Below are positions 14,563 to 22,432 of a DNA stretch of 64,000 nt, piece after piece. Where the stretch lies: IMG/VR virus record IMGVR_UViG_3300036852_000503; one strand, 5' to 3'. The notes beneath the pieces were generated by a model. That model searched no databases. It saw nothing but the letters and a program-made list of their open reading frames with translations, and was not told the DNA's origin. This stretch comes from a virus. Position 1 is the stretch's first letter. Each line of letters starts with the position of its first letter. The translations under genes were made by a program, and so were the position numbers.

Positions 14563-15078
14563 GTGAGCGCACTCCCGATCACACAACTTCCGACGATGGC
14601 CGACGTGGGGACGCGCCGGACCTGGTACCTGCCGCTGGGCCGGGGCCGGACCGACCAGCGTCACCAGGTCGACGCCACGTTCATCGGCATGGGCTCGTCC
14701 GTGCAGCACCAGCACCGGCACCACGACCCGGGCGCGTCGTTCGCGCGCACCGATCAACGGTGCGGCGCGTGCCGCTGGTTCGAGACTCGCATCTTCCGCG
14801 TCGTGACGCCGCCGTCGGATGAGCCGGACCACCGGGCGCGCACCGAGTACGTGCTGCACCACGTGGGCGCGTCGATCGTGCCCGGCGAGGTCGACCTGCA
14901 CCGGCACGAGCTGGTCTACTCCGCGCACGAGGTCATCGAGGCGTTCACGGTCCGGCGCGTCACGGACGGCCACCCGAGCGAGCCGTTCATGACCCGGCCC
15001 GCGGCGCGCGCGCTGGCCATGGCCGCCGGCTACGACCGTCAGCTCGAGTTGGCGTACGTCGACAGGGCCACGGCGTGA
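14563..15078 (+). CDS. Hypothetical protein (171 aa)
   Basis: Track ORF; AAGGAGAGG RBS; GTG start. Confidence 0.75.
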   Translation: MSALPITQLPTMADVGTRRTWYLPLGRGRTDQRHQVDATFIGMGSSVQHQHRHHDPGASFARTDQRCGACRWFETRIFRVVTPPSDEPDHRARTEYVLHHVGASIVPGEVDLHRHELVYSAHEVIEAFTVRRVTDGHPSEPFMTRPAARALAMAAGYDRQLELAYVDRATA

Positions 15079-15302
15079 CCGCGCGCACGCTCGATCTCAA
15101 CATCAGCGCGCCGGCACGCAGGCCCCGCGTCCGGCGGGCGCGACAGGGTGAGTACATCTACACGGTCGCGGCCCGTCGGAACCTCGCGCCGCCGTGGCTC
15201 CTGGAGGAGCCGGTGGGCGTCGCTAGGTTCAAGGTGGTGACGGCGTTCCCGACGTGGCGCGCCGCGATCCAGTCCGTGCTGCGCGACTACTGGGGAATGT
15301 GA
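15075..15302 (+). CDS. Hypothetical protein (75 aa)
   Basis: Track ORF; GTGA coupling to the upstream gene. Confidence 0.6.
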   Translation: MTARTLDLNISAPARRPRVRRARQGEYIYTVAARRNLAPPWLLEEPVGVARFKVVTAFPTWRAAIQSVLRDYWGM

Positions 15303-15309
15303 GGAAAGC

Positions 15310-15900
15310 GTGAATCTACCTCCGCTACCGCACGGCGTCGACCTACCTCCGCCACCTCGCGGCGCCGGCGGCGTGGTCACGTGGCAGAGTCTTCTCGCGC
15401 GGGCCGGACGCTACGGAACGCGAGGAGGCACCGTGCCCGACGGGCACACCCGAAGTCGACGCCCGCACGCGCAGGAGGAGCGCACCAGGCTCCGCGGCGT
15501 CGACACGCCGGGGTGTGACTGCGGCCGCTCGGGGATGGGCGTCGAGTGGCACGCGTTCAACTGCACGTGGATAATGGTCCGGCGCGTAGGTGAGCACGTT
15601 GCCGCCGCCGCTGCTGCCGCCAACGCCCGCCGTGCCGATTCTACCCGGGAGGAAGTGGTGCGCGTGGCCAACCCACGAGTCGGCACGTCCAAGACGATCG
15701 AGTCCCCGCGCGCGGAGTGCGTCGCGGCCGGGTGCGCGTGGGTGTACCCGAACAACGAGGTCACGGCGCGCGAGAGCGGCTCGCACCGCGAGGTCAACGC
15801 CGAGGCGCGCGGCCACGTCCACCACCGTCCGAGTCACGAGGTGCGCGTGACCGTGGCGCACGTCACGACGTTCGCCGTCGGGAAGTCGACCGACGCCTGA
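15310..15900 (+). CDS. Hypothetical protein (196 aa)
   Basis: Track ORF; GAGGAAAG RBS upstream of the GTG. Confidence 0.6.
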   Translation: MNLPPLPHGVDLPPPPRGAGGVVTWQSLLARAGRYGTRGGTVPDGHTRSRRPHAQEERTRLRGVDTPGCDCGRSGMGVEWHAFNCTWIMVRRVGEHVAAAAAAANARRADSTREEVVRVANPRVGTSKTIESPRAECVAAGCAWVYPNNEVTARESGSHREVNAEARGHVHHRPSHEVRVTVAHVTTFAVGKSTDA

Positions 15901-15924
15901 CCGCCTCACCGCTAGGCCGCGGCG

Positions 15925-15933
15925 TGCTAGGGT
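15925..15933 (+). promoter_or_regulatory. Extended -10 promoter candidate (TGcTAGGGT)
   Basis: TGCTAGGGT followed by the leader AGTCACCAGGAACCAACGAACCCCAGGAGAGAAG-ATG. Confidence 0.35.
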
Positions 15934-15967
15934 AGTCACCAGGAACCAACGAACCCCAGGAGAGAAG

Positions 15968-16306
15968 ATGTTCGAGACTCAGGTCCAAGCGGGCGTCGCC
16001 CGGCTGAACGACTGGACCCCCGGTTGGCTCGACCACGTCGACGTGGACGCGCTGGACATGGTGTCCGCCGTCGACTGCGTGGCCGGCCAGGTCGGGCGTA
16101 AGTTGCTCGGCAGCGTCTGGTCGCCGTTCAGTACAACGCTTCGCGCGCTGAACATCCCGCTTCACGACGAGGCCGCGTTCGGCTTCGACATTTCCGAGGA
16201 CATCAGTTCAGTTGATGATCGGCGCGCCGCGTACGTCGCGCTGAACGCCGAGTGGACGCGGGTCATCACGGATCTGAAGGTCGCTTCGGCCGCGCACTTG
16301 TCCTGA
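15968..16306 (+). CDS. Hypothetical protein (112 aa)
   Basis: Track ORF with a strong RBS. Confidence 0.8.
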   Translation: MFETQVQAGVARLNDWTPGWLDHVDVDALDMVSAVDCVAGQVGRKLLGSVWSPFSTTLRALNIPLHDEAAFGFDISEDISSVDDRRAAYVALNAEWTRVITDLKVASAAHLS

Positions 16307-16368
16307 CCGTCGTGAGGCAACCTGCAATAATCTACACCGAACACAGACAGAGAATTGCCGAGGGACTG

Positions 16369-17109
16369 ATGACCACCAAGTTGCACACGGTTCTCGCGCT
16401 CCTCAAGGGAACGCGCCAGCGTGCCTACGCGGCGAACGCGGAGCTGCGCAAGACCGCCAAGAAGAACGACCTGTACGCGGGCATCGCCCGGCGGTACCAG
16501 CCGCGCAAGGAGGACGGCGACACGCTGCCGGAGGAGTCCACGCTCGTCCAGCAGGACGCGGGCGACATCCTGGAGCAGTTCGTCGCGAACCAGGTCAAGC
16601 TGTGGGACCTGACGGGCACGATGGAGGCGACGAGCGGCGTCGCCCGCGCGGACATCATCACCGCCAACAACACCGTGCTGGCGACCGACGTCCCGGCCAC
16701 GTTCATGCTCTTTCTCGAGCGTCAGCTGGACGACGTACGGACGTTCATCAACGACATCCCGACTCTCAACCCGGCCGAGGTTTGGCACACCGACCCGAGC
16801 GGGACGTGGGCGACGGAGCCGTTCAAGACGGTGCGGACCAAGAAGATCCCCCGGAATCACGTGATCGCGCCGGCCACCGACAAGCACCCGGCGCAGGTCC
16901 AGGTGTTCACCGAGGACGAGATCGTCGGCGACTGGACCACGATCAAGTACTCCGGCGCGCTGGCGGCCGGGCACAAGCGCGAGATCATCGACCGGATCGA
17001 CGCGCTCAAGGACGCGGTCAAGTCGGCCCGCGAGCGCGCGAACGAGGCGGAGGTCGTGGAGGTACGCGTGGCGGCACGCCTGTTCGACTACCTGCTCGGT
17101 GGCTCGTAG
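16369..17109 (+). CDS. Hypothetical protein (246 aa)
   Basis: Track ORF 16252..17109 trimmed to ATG 16369 (GAGGGAC upstream); MTTKLHTVLALLKGTRQRAYAANAELRK... Confidence 0.75.
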   Translation: MTTKLHTVLALLKGTRQRAYAANAELRKTAKKNDLYAGIARRYQPRKEDGDTLPEESTLVQQDAGDILEQFVANQVKLWDLTGTMEATSGVARADIITANNTVLATDVPATFMLFLERQLDDVRTFINDIPTLNPAEVWHTDPSGTWATEPFKTVRTKKIPRNHVIAPATDKHPAQVQVFTEDEIVGDWTTIKYSGALAAGHKREIIDRIDALKDAVKSARERANEAEVVEVRVAARLFDYLLGGS

Positions 17110-17113
17110 GACG

Positions 17114-17122
17114 TGGTAGGGT
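17114..17122 (+). promoter_or_regulatory. Extended -10 promoter candidate upstream of the tRNA cluster
   Basis: TGGTAGGGT at 17114-17122, immediately after the stop of the preceding gene. Confidence 0.3.
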
Positions 17123-17203
17123 AGACCACGTCGCGAATACTCCATGGGGATGATGGAGAGCACGAAAGCCGTCGGTCGTGGTGGGCGGGCGGCGAGTAGG
17201 GTA

Positions 17204-17281
17204 GGCACGGTAGCTCAACGGTAGAGCAACGAGCGGCGGGAGTCGCTCTTACGGTTCCAGGTTCGAGTCCTGGACGTGCCG
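17204..17281 (+). tRNA. tRNA-like gene with a non-canonical anticodon arm (identity undetermined)
   Basis: Acceptor GGCACGG/ACGTGCC (6 of 7 bp). D-arm GCTC-AACGGTA-GAGC. T-arm CCAGG-TTCGAGT-CCTGG. Between them are 28 nt instead of about 22: a 5-7 bp stem (GAGCG/CGCTC core) with an 8-nt loop GCGGGAGT, and a 6-nt variable region. Confidence 0.45.
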
Positions 17282-17329
17282 CGCAGCACTAGACACAGAC
17301 GCAGTGACAGTGAAAGACAGATCGGAAAA

Positions 17330-17401
17330 CCCCGTTAGTGGAGGTTCGAGTCCTTCCCGGGACACTCATGCCCCGGTAGCCCAATTGGCAGAGGCGCGGG
17401 G
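17330..17401 (+). ncRNA. Circularly permuted tRNA-like unit B (3' half then 5' half)
   Basis: Order: CCCCG (17330-34), TTAGT, T-arm GGAGG-TTCGAGT-CCTTC, CCGGGAC-A, linker CTCAT, GCCCCGG (17370-76), TA, D-arm GCCC-AATTGGCAG-AGGC, G, CGGGG (17397-401). Acceptor strands pair 6 of 7. CGGGG/CCCCG form a perfect 5-bp anticodon stem. Total 72 nt. Confidence 0.4.
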
Positions 17402-17470
17402 ACCCGCACAGACACTCGCTGCAGACACAGCACGCACGCCTAGGACCGGATCGACTGGTCGTGTCAATGA

Positions 17471-17562
17471 TTCCGAGACGGTGGTTCGAATCCGCCCGCG
17501 CGCTCCAAACATCATGCGCGCGTAGTAGAGTGGCAACACGCGGATCCCTAAGACAAAGTCCG
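17471..17562 (+). ncRNA. Circularly permuted tRNA-like unit C (3' half with encoded CCA, then 5' half)
   Basis: Order: TTCCG (17471-75), AGAC, T-arm GGTGG-TTCGAAT-CCGCC, CGCGCGC-T-CCA (to 17507), 8-nt linker, GCGCGCG (17516-22), TA, weak D-arm with GG, G, CGGAT (17541-45), CCCTAAG... Acceptor pairs 7 of 7; CGGA/TCCG pair. The downstream segment alternatively forms CGGAT-12 nt-GTCCG (17541-62). Confidence 0.35.
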
Positions 17563-17595
17563 ACCTGCACCGCTGCCGGTACGCCGAATAGGCAG

Positions 17596-17667
17596 TACAT
17601 CAAAGCTCAATGGTCGAGCAACTGACTTCTAATCAGTGTGAAGCGGGTTCGATTCCCGCTGATGTCA
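17596..17667 (+). tRNA. tRNA-Arg (anticodon TCT)
   Basis: Acceptor TACATCA/TGATGTC (6 bp plus a 1-72 mismatch). D-arm GCTC-AATGGTC-GAGC. Anticodon arm ACTGA-CTTCTAA-TCAGT. Variable GTGAA. T-arm GCGGG-TTCGATT-CCCGC. Discriminator A; no encoded CCA. Confidence 0.85.
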
Positions 17668-17752
17668 ACATCGCTACCTGCAAAGTAGCTTGGAGGCCGG
17701 TCCTGGGCAGGGCCGGCCTCCGCCATCTACGGACTAGCGTTTGGGGTGAGTC

Positions 17753-17956
17753 GTGGAGAGAGTGAAGATCACGCGCACGATCGTGCACACCGCGTTCGTG
17801 CCTCGCGAGTGTTATCCCGGCATGTCGAGGCGCGCCGTCGTCGATCACGAGACGTCGCTGCCGCTCGCCGAGGCCGTCGAATCACTGGTTGACGCCGGTG
17901 AGTTCGAAGTCCAGCTGACCACCGTCGTGCAGTTCGAGGAGATGAGTGACCGATGA
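17753..17956 (+). CDS. Hypothetical protein (67 aa)
   Basis: Track ORF with ordinary composition. Confidence 0.65.
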   Translation: MERVKITRTIVHTAFVPRECYPGMSRRAVVDHETSLPLAEAVESLVDAGEFEVQLTTVVQFEEMSDR

Positions 17957-18153
17957 GAACGTGTGGGTACGCGGGGATCCGCGACGCCGCCGAGAGTGCA
18001 GCCGTCGCGTTTCACGCGGTGGCCGAGTCGTGCCGTGGTACCGGCACGCCGCTCGGCACGGCGAGCGCGCTGCGAACTGCCAGCGTCGCGCTGGCGGGCA
18101 TGGCCGACGAGTTCACGTCCCTGCACGACGCGATCACCGCGGCCGGTCGGTAG
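17953..18153 (+). CDS. Hypothetical Ala-rich protein (66 aa)
   Basis: Track ORF; ATGA coupling to the upstream gene. Confidence 0.6.
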   Translation: MRTCGYAGIRDAAESAAVAFHAVAESCRGTGTPLGTASALRTASVALAGMADEFTSLHDAITAAGR

Positions 18154-19118
18154 TGCTCCTACTAGTCGACGGTGCGGACTGCGTCGCCAAGTCGACGCTC
18201 GTCCACCGGCTCGTCGACGCGATCACGGCGCGCGAGGCCGACGGTCGACTCGACGTCAGGCACGCCGGGCCGCCGACGAGCCATCCTCTGGACGAGTACG
18301 AGACGCCGCTCCTGGACTACCGCCCGGGAACCGGTCGGCACGTCGTCTGCGACCGTTGGCACCTCGGGGAGGCGGTCTACCCGGCTGTGTTCGGGCGCCC
18401 CACCAAGTTCGACGACGCCGTGCGACTCCACGTGGACCTATTCCTCCGGTCGCGCGGCGCGTTGGTCGTCGTGGTCACCGCGCGCGCCACGCGCGTCCAG
18501 CAGTGCATCGAGGAGCGCGGCGACGACCTGGTCACGTCCGACATGGTCCACGCGATCCAGTCGGGCTTCACCGACGCCCTGCGGATGAGCCTGGTGCCGT
18601 TCGTCGTCGTCAACGGCTACGAGGTGACCGACGACGACGTCCGGCTCATCATCGAGCGCGCCGACGCCGAGGCGCGCGGCGCCGCGCGGCTCAACCAGTT
18701 CACGACGTACGTCGGACCGGCGCGCCCCGCGACGCTCCTCCTGGGCGACGTGCGCCACGGGTCTGACGGCGACCCGGGTGACCTGCGACCCGCGTTCATG
18801 CCGTACCCGGCGACGTCGGGGCACTACGCGCTCGGCGAGGTCGCGCGCCGGTGGCCGATCACCGCGCTGGCGGGTCTGGGCATCGCGAACGCGTGCGACG
18901 TCGACGACCCGGTCGAGCTGCGCGCGGCGCTGGGCGACCCGGTCACGGTCACGCTCGGCCGCAACGCCCAGCGGCGACTACCCGGGATGGCGCGCGAGTT
19001 GCCGCACCCGCAGTGGGTCCGGCGTTTTCAACACCGGAGCGGCGACGCGTACGCCGCCATGCTGCTCGGTGAACCCATTCCCGACGTGTACTCGCAGGTC
19101 GAGCTCACGCTACCGTAA
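18153..19118 (+). CDS. P-loop nucleotide/nucleoside-monophosphate kinase-like domain fused to a UDG-superfamily-like domain
   Basis: Track ORF 17946..19118 trimmed to GTG 18153 (TAGTG overlap). N-terminal LLLVDGADCVAKSTLVHRLV with a DRWH-type segment (CDRWHLGEAVY). The C-terminal half has LLLGDVRHGSDGDPGDLRPAFMPYPATSGHYAL and LPHPQWVRR, resembling UDG family-4 motifs A and B. Confidence 0.5.
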   Translation: MLLLVDGADCVAKSTLVHRLVDAITAREADGRLDVRHAGPPTSHPLDEYETPLLDYRPGTGRHVVCDRWHLGEAVYPAVFGRPTKFDDAVRLHVDLFLRSRGALVVVVTARATRVQQCIEERGDDLVTSDMVHAIQSGFTDALRMSLVPFVVVNGYEVTDDDVRLIIERADAEARGAARLNQFTTYVGPARPATLLLGDVRHGSDGDPGDLRPAFMPYPATSGHYALGEVARRWPITALAGLGIANACDVDDPVELRAALGDPVTVTLGRNAQRRLPGMARELPHPQWVRRFQHRSGDAYAAMLLGEPIPDVYSQVELTLP

Positions 19119-19131
19119 GGAGGCCAACCCG

Positions 19132-20016
19132 TTGGAGCTCAAGCTCACCGACATGCGCGACGACTACGTGGGTCTCGTGCGGCACGTGATCAGGAACGGC
19201 GCGGAGGTCTCGGCGCGCGGCATCGCGACGCGCGAGCTGACCGCCGTGACGCTGGTCATCGAGAACGTCCTGGAGCCGCTCCTGCCGATCGGCGTCGGCC
19301 GCGGCGTGAACACCCGACTGGCGGCGCTCGAGGCGCTCCAGCTCATCTCGGGCGTCTCCCGGTTCGACCTGGTCCAGGTCGTCGCGCCGGGCTTCGCGCG
19401 CGTCCTGGTGGACCAGGCCGACCCCGACTACGGCGCGTACGGCCCTCGGATCGTCCAGCAGGTCACCGACTGCGTCGACCTGCTCGAGCGCGACCCGTCG
19501 AGTCGGCAGGCCGTGTGCGTCATCTGGAACGAGAAGGACCTACGGCACGCGGGCGACAAGCCCTGCACGGTGTTCATGCAGTTTCTCGTGCGCAAGAGCC
19601 CCACCGGCGAGTTCGACGCGCTGGAGCTGCACACGCACATGCGCAGTCAGGACGTCTGGCTCGGCGTGCCGTACGACGTGTTCATGTTCACCCAGTTGCA
19701 GCACACGGTGGCGAGTGAGCTTCGGCTACCGGTGGGTAGGTTCGTGCACCACGTGACCAGCCTGCACATCTACGAGCGCGACCTGGACGCCGCGACCAAG
19801 TTGCACGGCGTGACGGGACCGCTCGCCGACGAGCTGCCCTGCGGCGTCGTCCCGGCGCGCGACGGCGCCGGTGACGACGGCGACGACGGCTTCAACGTCG
19901 CGGCGTACCTCCTGGAGGGCAACAGCACGACGGCGGAGGACGCGGCCAACCCCTGGTACGCGGTGCAGCTCGACGAGATCGAGAAGCAGCTGGCGACGGA
20001 GCACGACGGTGGGTGA
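19132..20016 (+). CDS. Thymidylate-synthase-family pyrimidine C5 methylase or hydroxymethylase
   Basis: TTG 19132 after TAAGGAGG. Motifs: SRQAVCVIWN, catalytic DKPCTVFMQFLV, MRSQDVWLGVPYDVFMFTQL, SLHIYERD. Substrate and chemistry cannot be read from the sequence. Confidence 0.8.
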   Translation: MELKLTDMRDDYVGLVRHVIRNGAEVSARGIATRELTAVTLVIENVLEPLLPIGVGRGVNTRLAALEALQLISGVSRFDLVQVVAPGFARVLVDQADPDYGAYGPRIVQQVTDCVDLLERDPSSRQAVCVIWNEKDLRHAGDKPCTVFMQFLVRKSPTGEFDALELHTHMRSQDVWLGVPYDVFMFTQLQHTVASELRLPVGRFVHHVTSLHIYERDLDAATKLHGVTGPLADELPCGVVPARDGAGDDGDDGFNVAAYLLEGNSTTAEDAANPWYAVQLDEIEKQLATEHDGG

Positions 20017-20029
20017 CGACCGACCCTCG

Positions 20030-20497
20030 ATGGACCAGACGCTCATGCGGATGGCGGTGCTGATGGCCGATCGCGCCACGTGCTCGCGCGCCCAGGTCGG
20101 CGCCGTCATCGTCAAGGAGACGCGGCCGATCTCCAGCGGCTACAACGGCACCGCCGCCGGTCTTCCCCACTGCGACCACTCGTGCAACTGCGGGTATCCC
20201 GGTGAGGGCGGTAAGTACTTTGACGGCAAGCACCTGTCAAACTGCCGCACACTGGTACCCTGTGATGAAGCTATTCACGCCGAGGCCAACGCCGTCGCGT
20301 TTGCGGCCAAGCACGGCGTCTCGACGGACGGCGCCACGCTCTACACGACAATGACTCCCTGTCTAGCGTGCGCTAAGCTGATCGCGAACGCCGGCATCAC
20401 GCGCGTCGTCGCCGCGTCGGCGTACCGCGACGACAGCGGTATGCTGCTGCTCGAGCGGCTGGGCATCCAGGTGCAGAGTGGGTCACTTTACCTCTAG
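20030..20497 (+). CDS. Deoxycytidylate (dCMP) deaminase
   Basis: ATG 20030; zinc motifs HAEANAV and TPCLACAKLI; GYNG. Confidence 0.85.
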   Translation: MDQTLMRMAVLMADRATCSRAQVGAVIVKETRPISSGYNGTAAGLPHCDHSCNCGYPGEGGKYFDGKHLSNCRTLVPCDEAIHAEANAVAFAAKHGVSTDGATLYTTMTPCLACAKLIANAGITRVVAASAYRDDSGMLLLERLGIQVQSGSLYL

Positions 20498-20512
20498 GAA
20501 GTAGGAACTCAC

Positions 20513-20626
20513 GTGGAAGTCATACTGATCATCGCGGCGCTACTCTGGGCGTACCTGCTGGGTCGTCGGCACGGTCGCGCCGCCGTGGAGCGTCGCGTGC
20601 AGGATCTTCTCGGCCGACCGAGGTAG
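20513..20626 (+). CDS. 37-aa membrane micro-protein
   Basis: Not in the ORF track. GGAAGTAGGAA RBS, GTG 20513; EVILIIAALLWAYLLGRRHGRAAVERRVQDLLGRPR. Confidence 0.5.
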   Translation: MEVILIIAALLWAYLLGRRHGRAAVERRVQDLLGRPR

Positions 20627-20635
20627 GAGCGTGGC

Positions 20636-22432
20636 TTGAGTCTTGATGAGGTCAAGGGCATCCATCTCGTCGATGACCTTGACACGGCGTGGGAGTGCAA
20701 GCGCTGGTTGTCCACGTGCGACGAGATCGCCGTGGACACGGAGGGCACGGGATTAAATACCCGGATCGACAAGGTGCGGCTGCTGCAACTCGGCGACCGG
20801 CAGACCGCGTACTGCATTCCCATCGACTTTCCCGGCTGGGGCGCGCTCGGAACCGAGCTGCTCACCAAGTTCCAGGGGCGAATGGTCGCGCACAACCTGA
20901 CTTACGACGCCGAGATGATCAAGGGCACGCTCGGGGTCCAGCTGCCGATCGAGCGCTGCGACGACACGCGGCTCATGGCGCACGTGCTGGAGTCCACCGG
21001 TTCGACGGCGCTCAAGAGCCTCACGCGGCGGTTCGTCGACCCGCGGGCCGGCAACTTTCAGCACCAGCTCGACGACGCGATGAAGAAGAGCGGCTGGTCC
21101 TGGTCGATCATTCCGATCGACTTCGAGCCGTACTGGATGTACGGCGGCCTCGACACGATCCTCACGATGCAGCTCAAGGACTACCTCGAGCCGCAGGTCA
21201 TGGCGGAGGCACCCGAGTCGTACGCGCTGGAGCTGGCCGTCGCCTGGGTGACGCGCCGCATGGAGCAGCGCGGCATCCAGCTCGACCGCGAGTACACCGC
21301 CGAGCTGGCGGCCAGCCTTAGCAGGTACGTTGAGGAGGCCGAGACCTGGTGCCAGGCGTACTACGGCGTCTCCCCGGGGTCCAACGCCAAGGTCGTCGAG
21401 CGCCTCCAGGCGGATGACGTCGAGTTCACGAAGATGACCGACGGCGGCGCGTGGAGTCTCGACGCGGAGGTTCTCGAGTCGATCGACCACCCGCTCGCCG
21501 AGACCGTGCTGAAGCGCCGGCGCGCGCAGAAGACCGTGTCCACCTACCTGGACAACTACCTGACCATGTCCGAGTGGGACGGTCGGATCCACCCGTCCAT
21601 CAACACCATCGGCGGCACGGACAAGAACCCGTTCGAGCCGGGTGGTAGCAAGGGCGTTCGGACCGGTCGCATGTCGTGCAGCGATCCCAACCTGCAGAAC
21701 GTGCCCATTCGCACCACCATGGGCAAGCGGATTCGCAACTGCTTCACGTCGTCGATCGACCACACGTGGATCAAGTCCGACTTCTCGCAGATCGAAATGC
21801 GGGTCTTGGCGCACATGTCGCAGGATCCCAACATGATCGCCGCGTTCAACGCGCCCGGCGACTTCTTCGTGAACATGGGACGAACGCTCTTCGACGAGCC
21901 CGACTTCCGGAAGGCCGACCCGCGTCGCCAGCTACTCAAGAACGGCGGCTACGCGAAGATCTACGGCGCGGGCATTCCCAAGTTCGCCAAGACCGCAGGC
22001 GTGCCGGAGCTCGAGGCCAGCGACTTCATGCGCGACTTCGACGGGCTGTACCGGAAGGTGCCCGAGTGGATTCGGTCGATCGAGAACCTGGGTCGTTCAA
22101 CGCTGAGTCACGAGGGTCAGGCGTACGTGCGCTCGCCACTTACCGGGCGCAAGCACGTCGCCGACGCGGGTAAGCTGTACGTGCTGGTCAACTACCTGAT
22201 TCAGGGTACCGCCGGCGAGATCCTCAAGCGTAAGATCGTGGAGGCCGACCAGGCGGGCCTGGGCGACTTCATGATCCTACCGGTGCACGATGAGATCGAC
22301 CTGGACGTGCCCAACGACGACCTGGAGGACGCGATGGCGACGCTGCACGACGTGATGAACGACGCCGAGCTGCTCACGGTGCCCATCACCGCGTCGATCG
22401 AGACCGGTCTGCGCTGGGGCGACGTCGCGTGA
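20636..22432 (+). CDS. polA: Family A DNA polymerase (Pol I-like, with 3'-5' exonuclease domain)
   Basis: 598-aa ORF. Exo motif IAVDTEGTGL. Polymerase motifs SCSDPNLQNVP, DFSQIEMRVLAH, RRQLLKNGGYAKIYG, ILPVHDEI. Confidence 0.92.
   Translation: MSLDEVKGIHLVDDLDTAWECKRWLSTCDEIAVDTEGTGLNTRIDKVRLLQLGDRQTAYCIPIDFPGWGALGTELLTKFQGRMVAHNLTYDAEMIKGTLGVQLPIERCDDTRLMAHVLESTGSTALKSLTRRFVDPRAGNFQHQLDDAMKKSGWSWSIIPIDFEPYWMYGGLDTILTMQLKDYLEPQVMAEAPESYALELAVAWVTRRMEQRGIQLDREYTAELAASLSRYVEEAETWCQAYYGVSPGSNAKVVERLQADDVEFTKMTDGGAWSLDAEVLESIDHPLAETVLKRRRAQKTVSTYLDNYLTMSEWDGRIHPSINTIGGTDKNPFEPGGSKGVRTGRMSCSDPNLQNVPIRTTMGKRIRNCFTSSIDHTWIKSDFSQIEMRVLAHMSQDPNMIAAFNAPGDFFVNMGRTLFDEPDFRKADPRRQLLKNGGYAKIYGAGIPKFAKTAGVPELEASDFMRDFDGLYRKVPEWIRSIENLGRSTLSHEGQAYVRSPLTGRKHVADAGKLYVLVNYLIQGTAGEILKRKIVEADQAGLGDFMILPVHDEIDLDVPNDDLEDAMATLHDVMNDAELLTVPITASIETGLRWGDVA

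Noticed and set aside
17197-17202. TAGGGT hexamer 2 nt upstream of the first tRNA-like gene as its promoter -10.
   Set aside because: A start site 6-9 nt downstream would fall inside the acceptor stem. The TGgTAGGGT at 17114-17122 is better placed.
17471-17562. Permuted (two-piece) tmRNA gene as the explanation for the CCA-bearing 3' strand followed by its 5' strand.
   Set aside because: There is no G3:U70 alanine identity pair and the discriminator is T. No plausible tag reading frame ending in an Ala-rich peptide lies upstream; the only in-frame stretch before TAG 17441 reads ...RCRHSTHA. There are no pseudoknot-sized segments.
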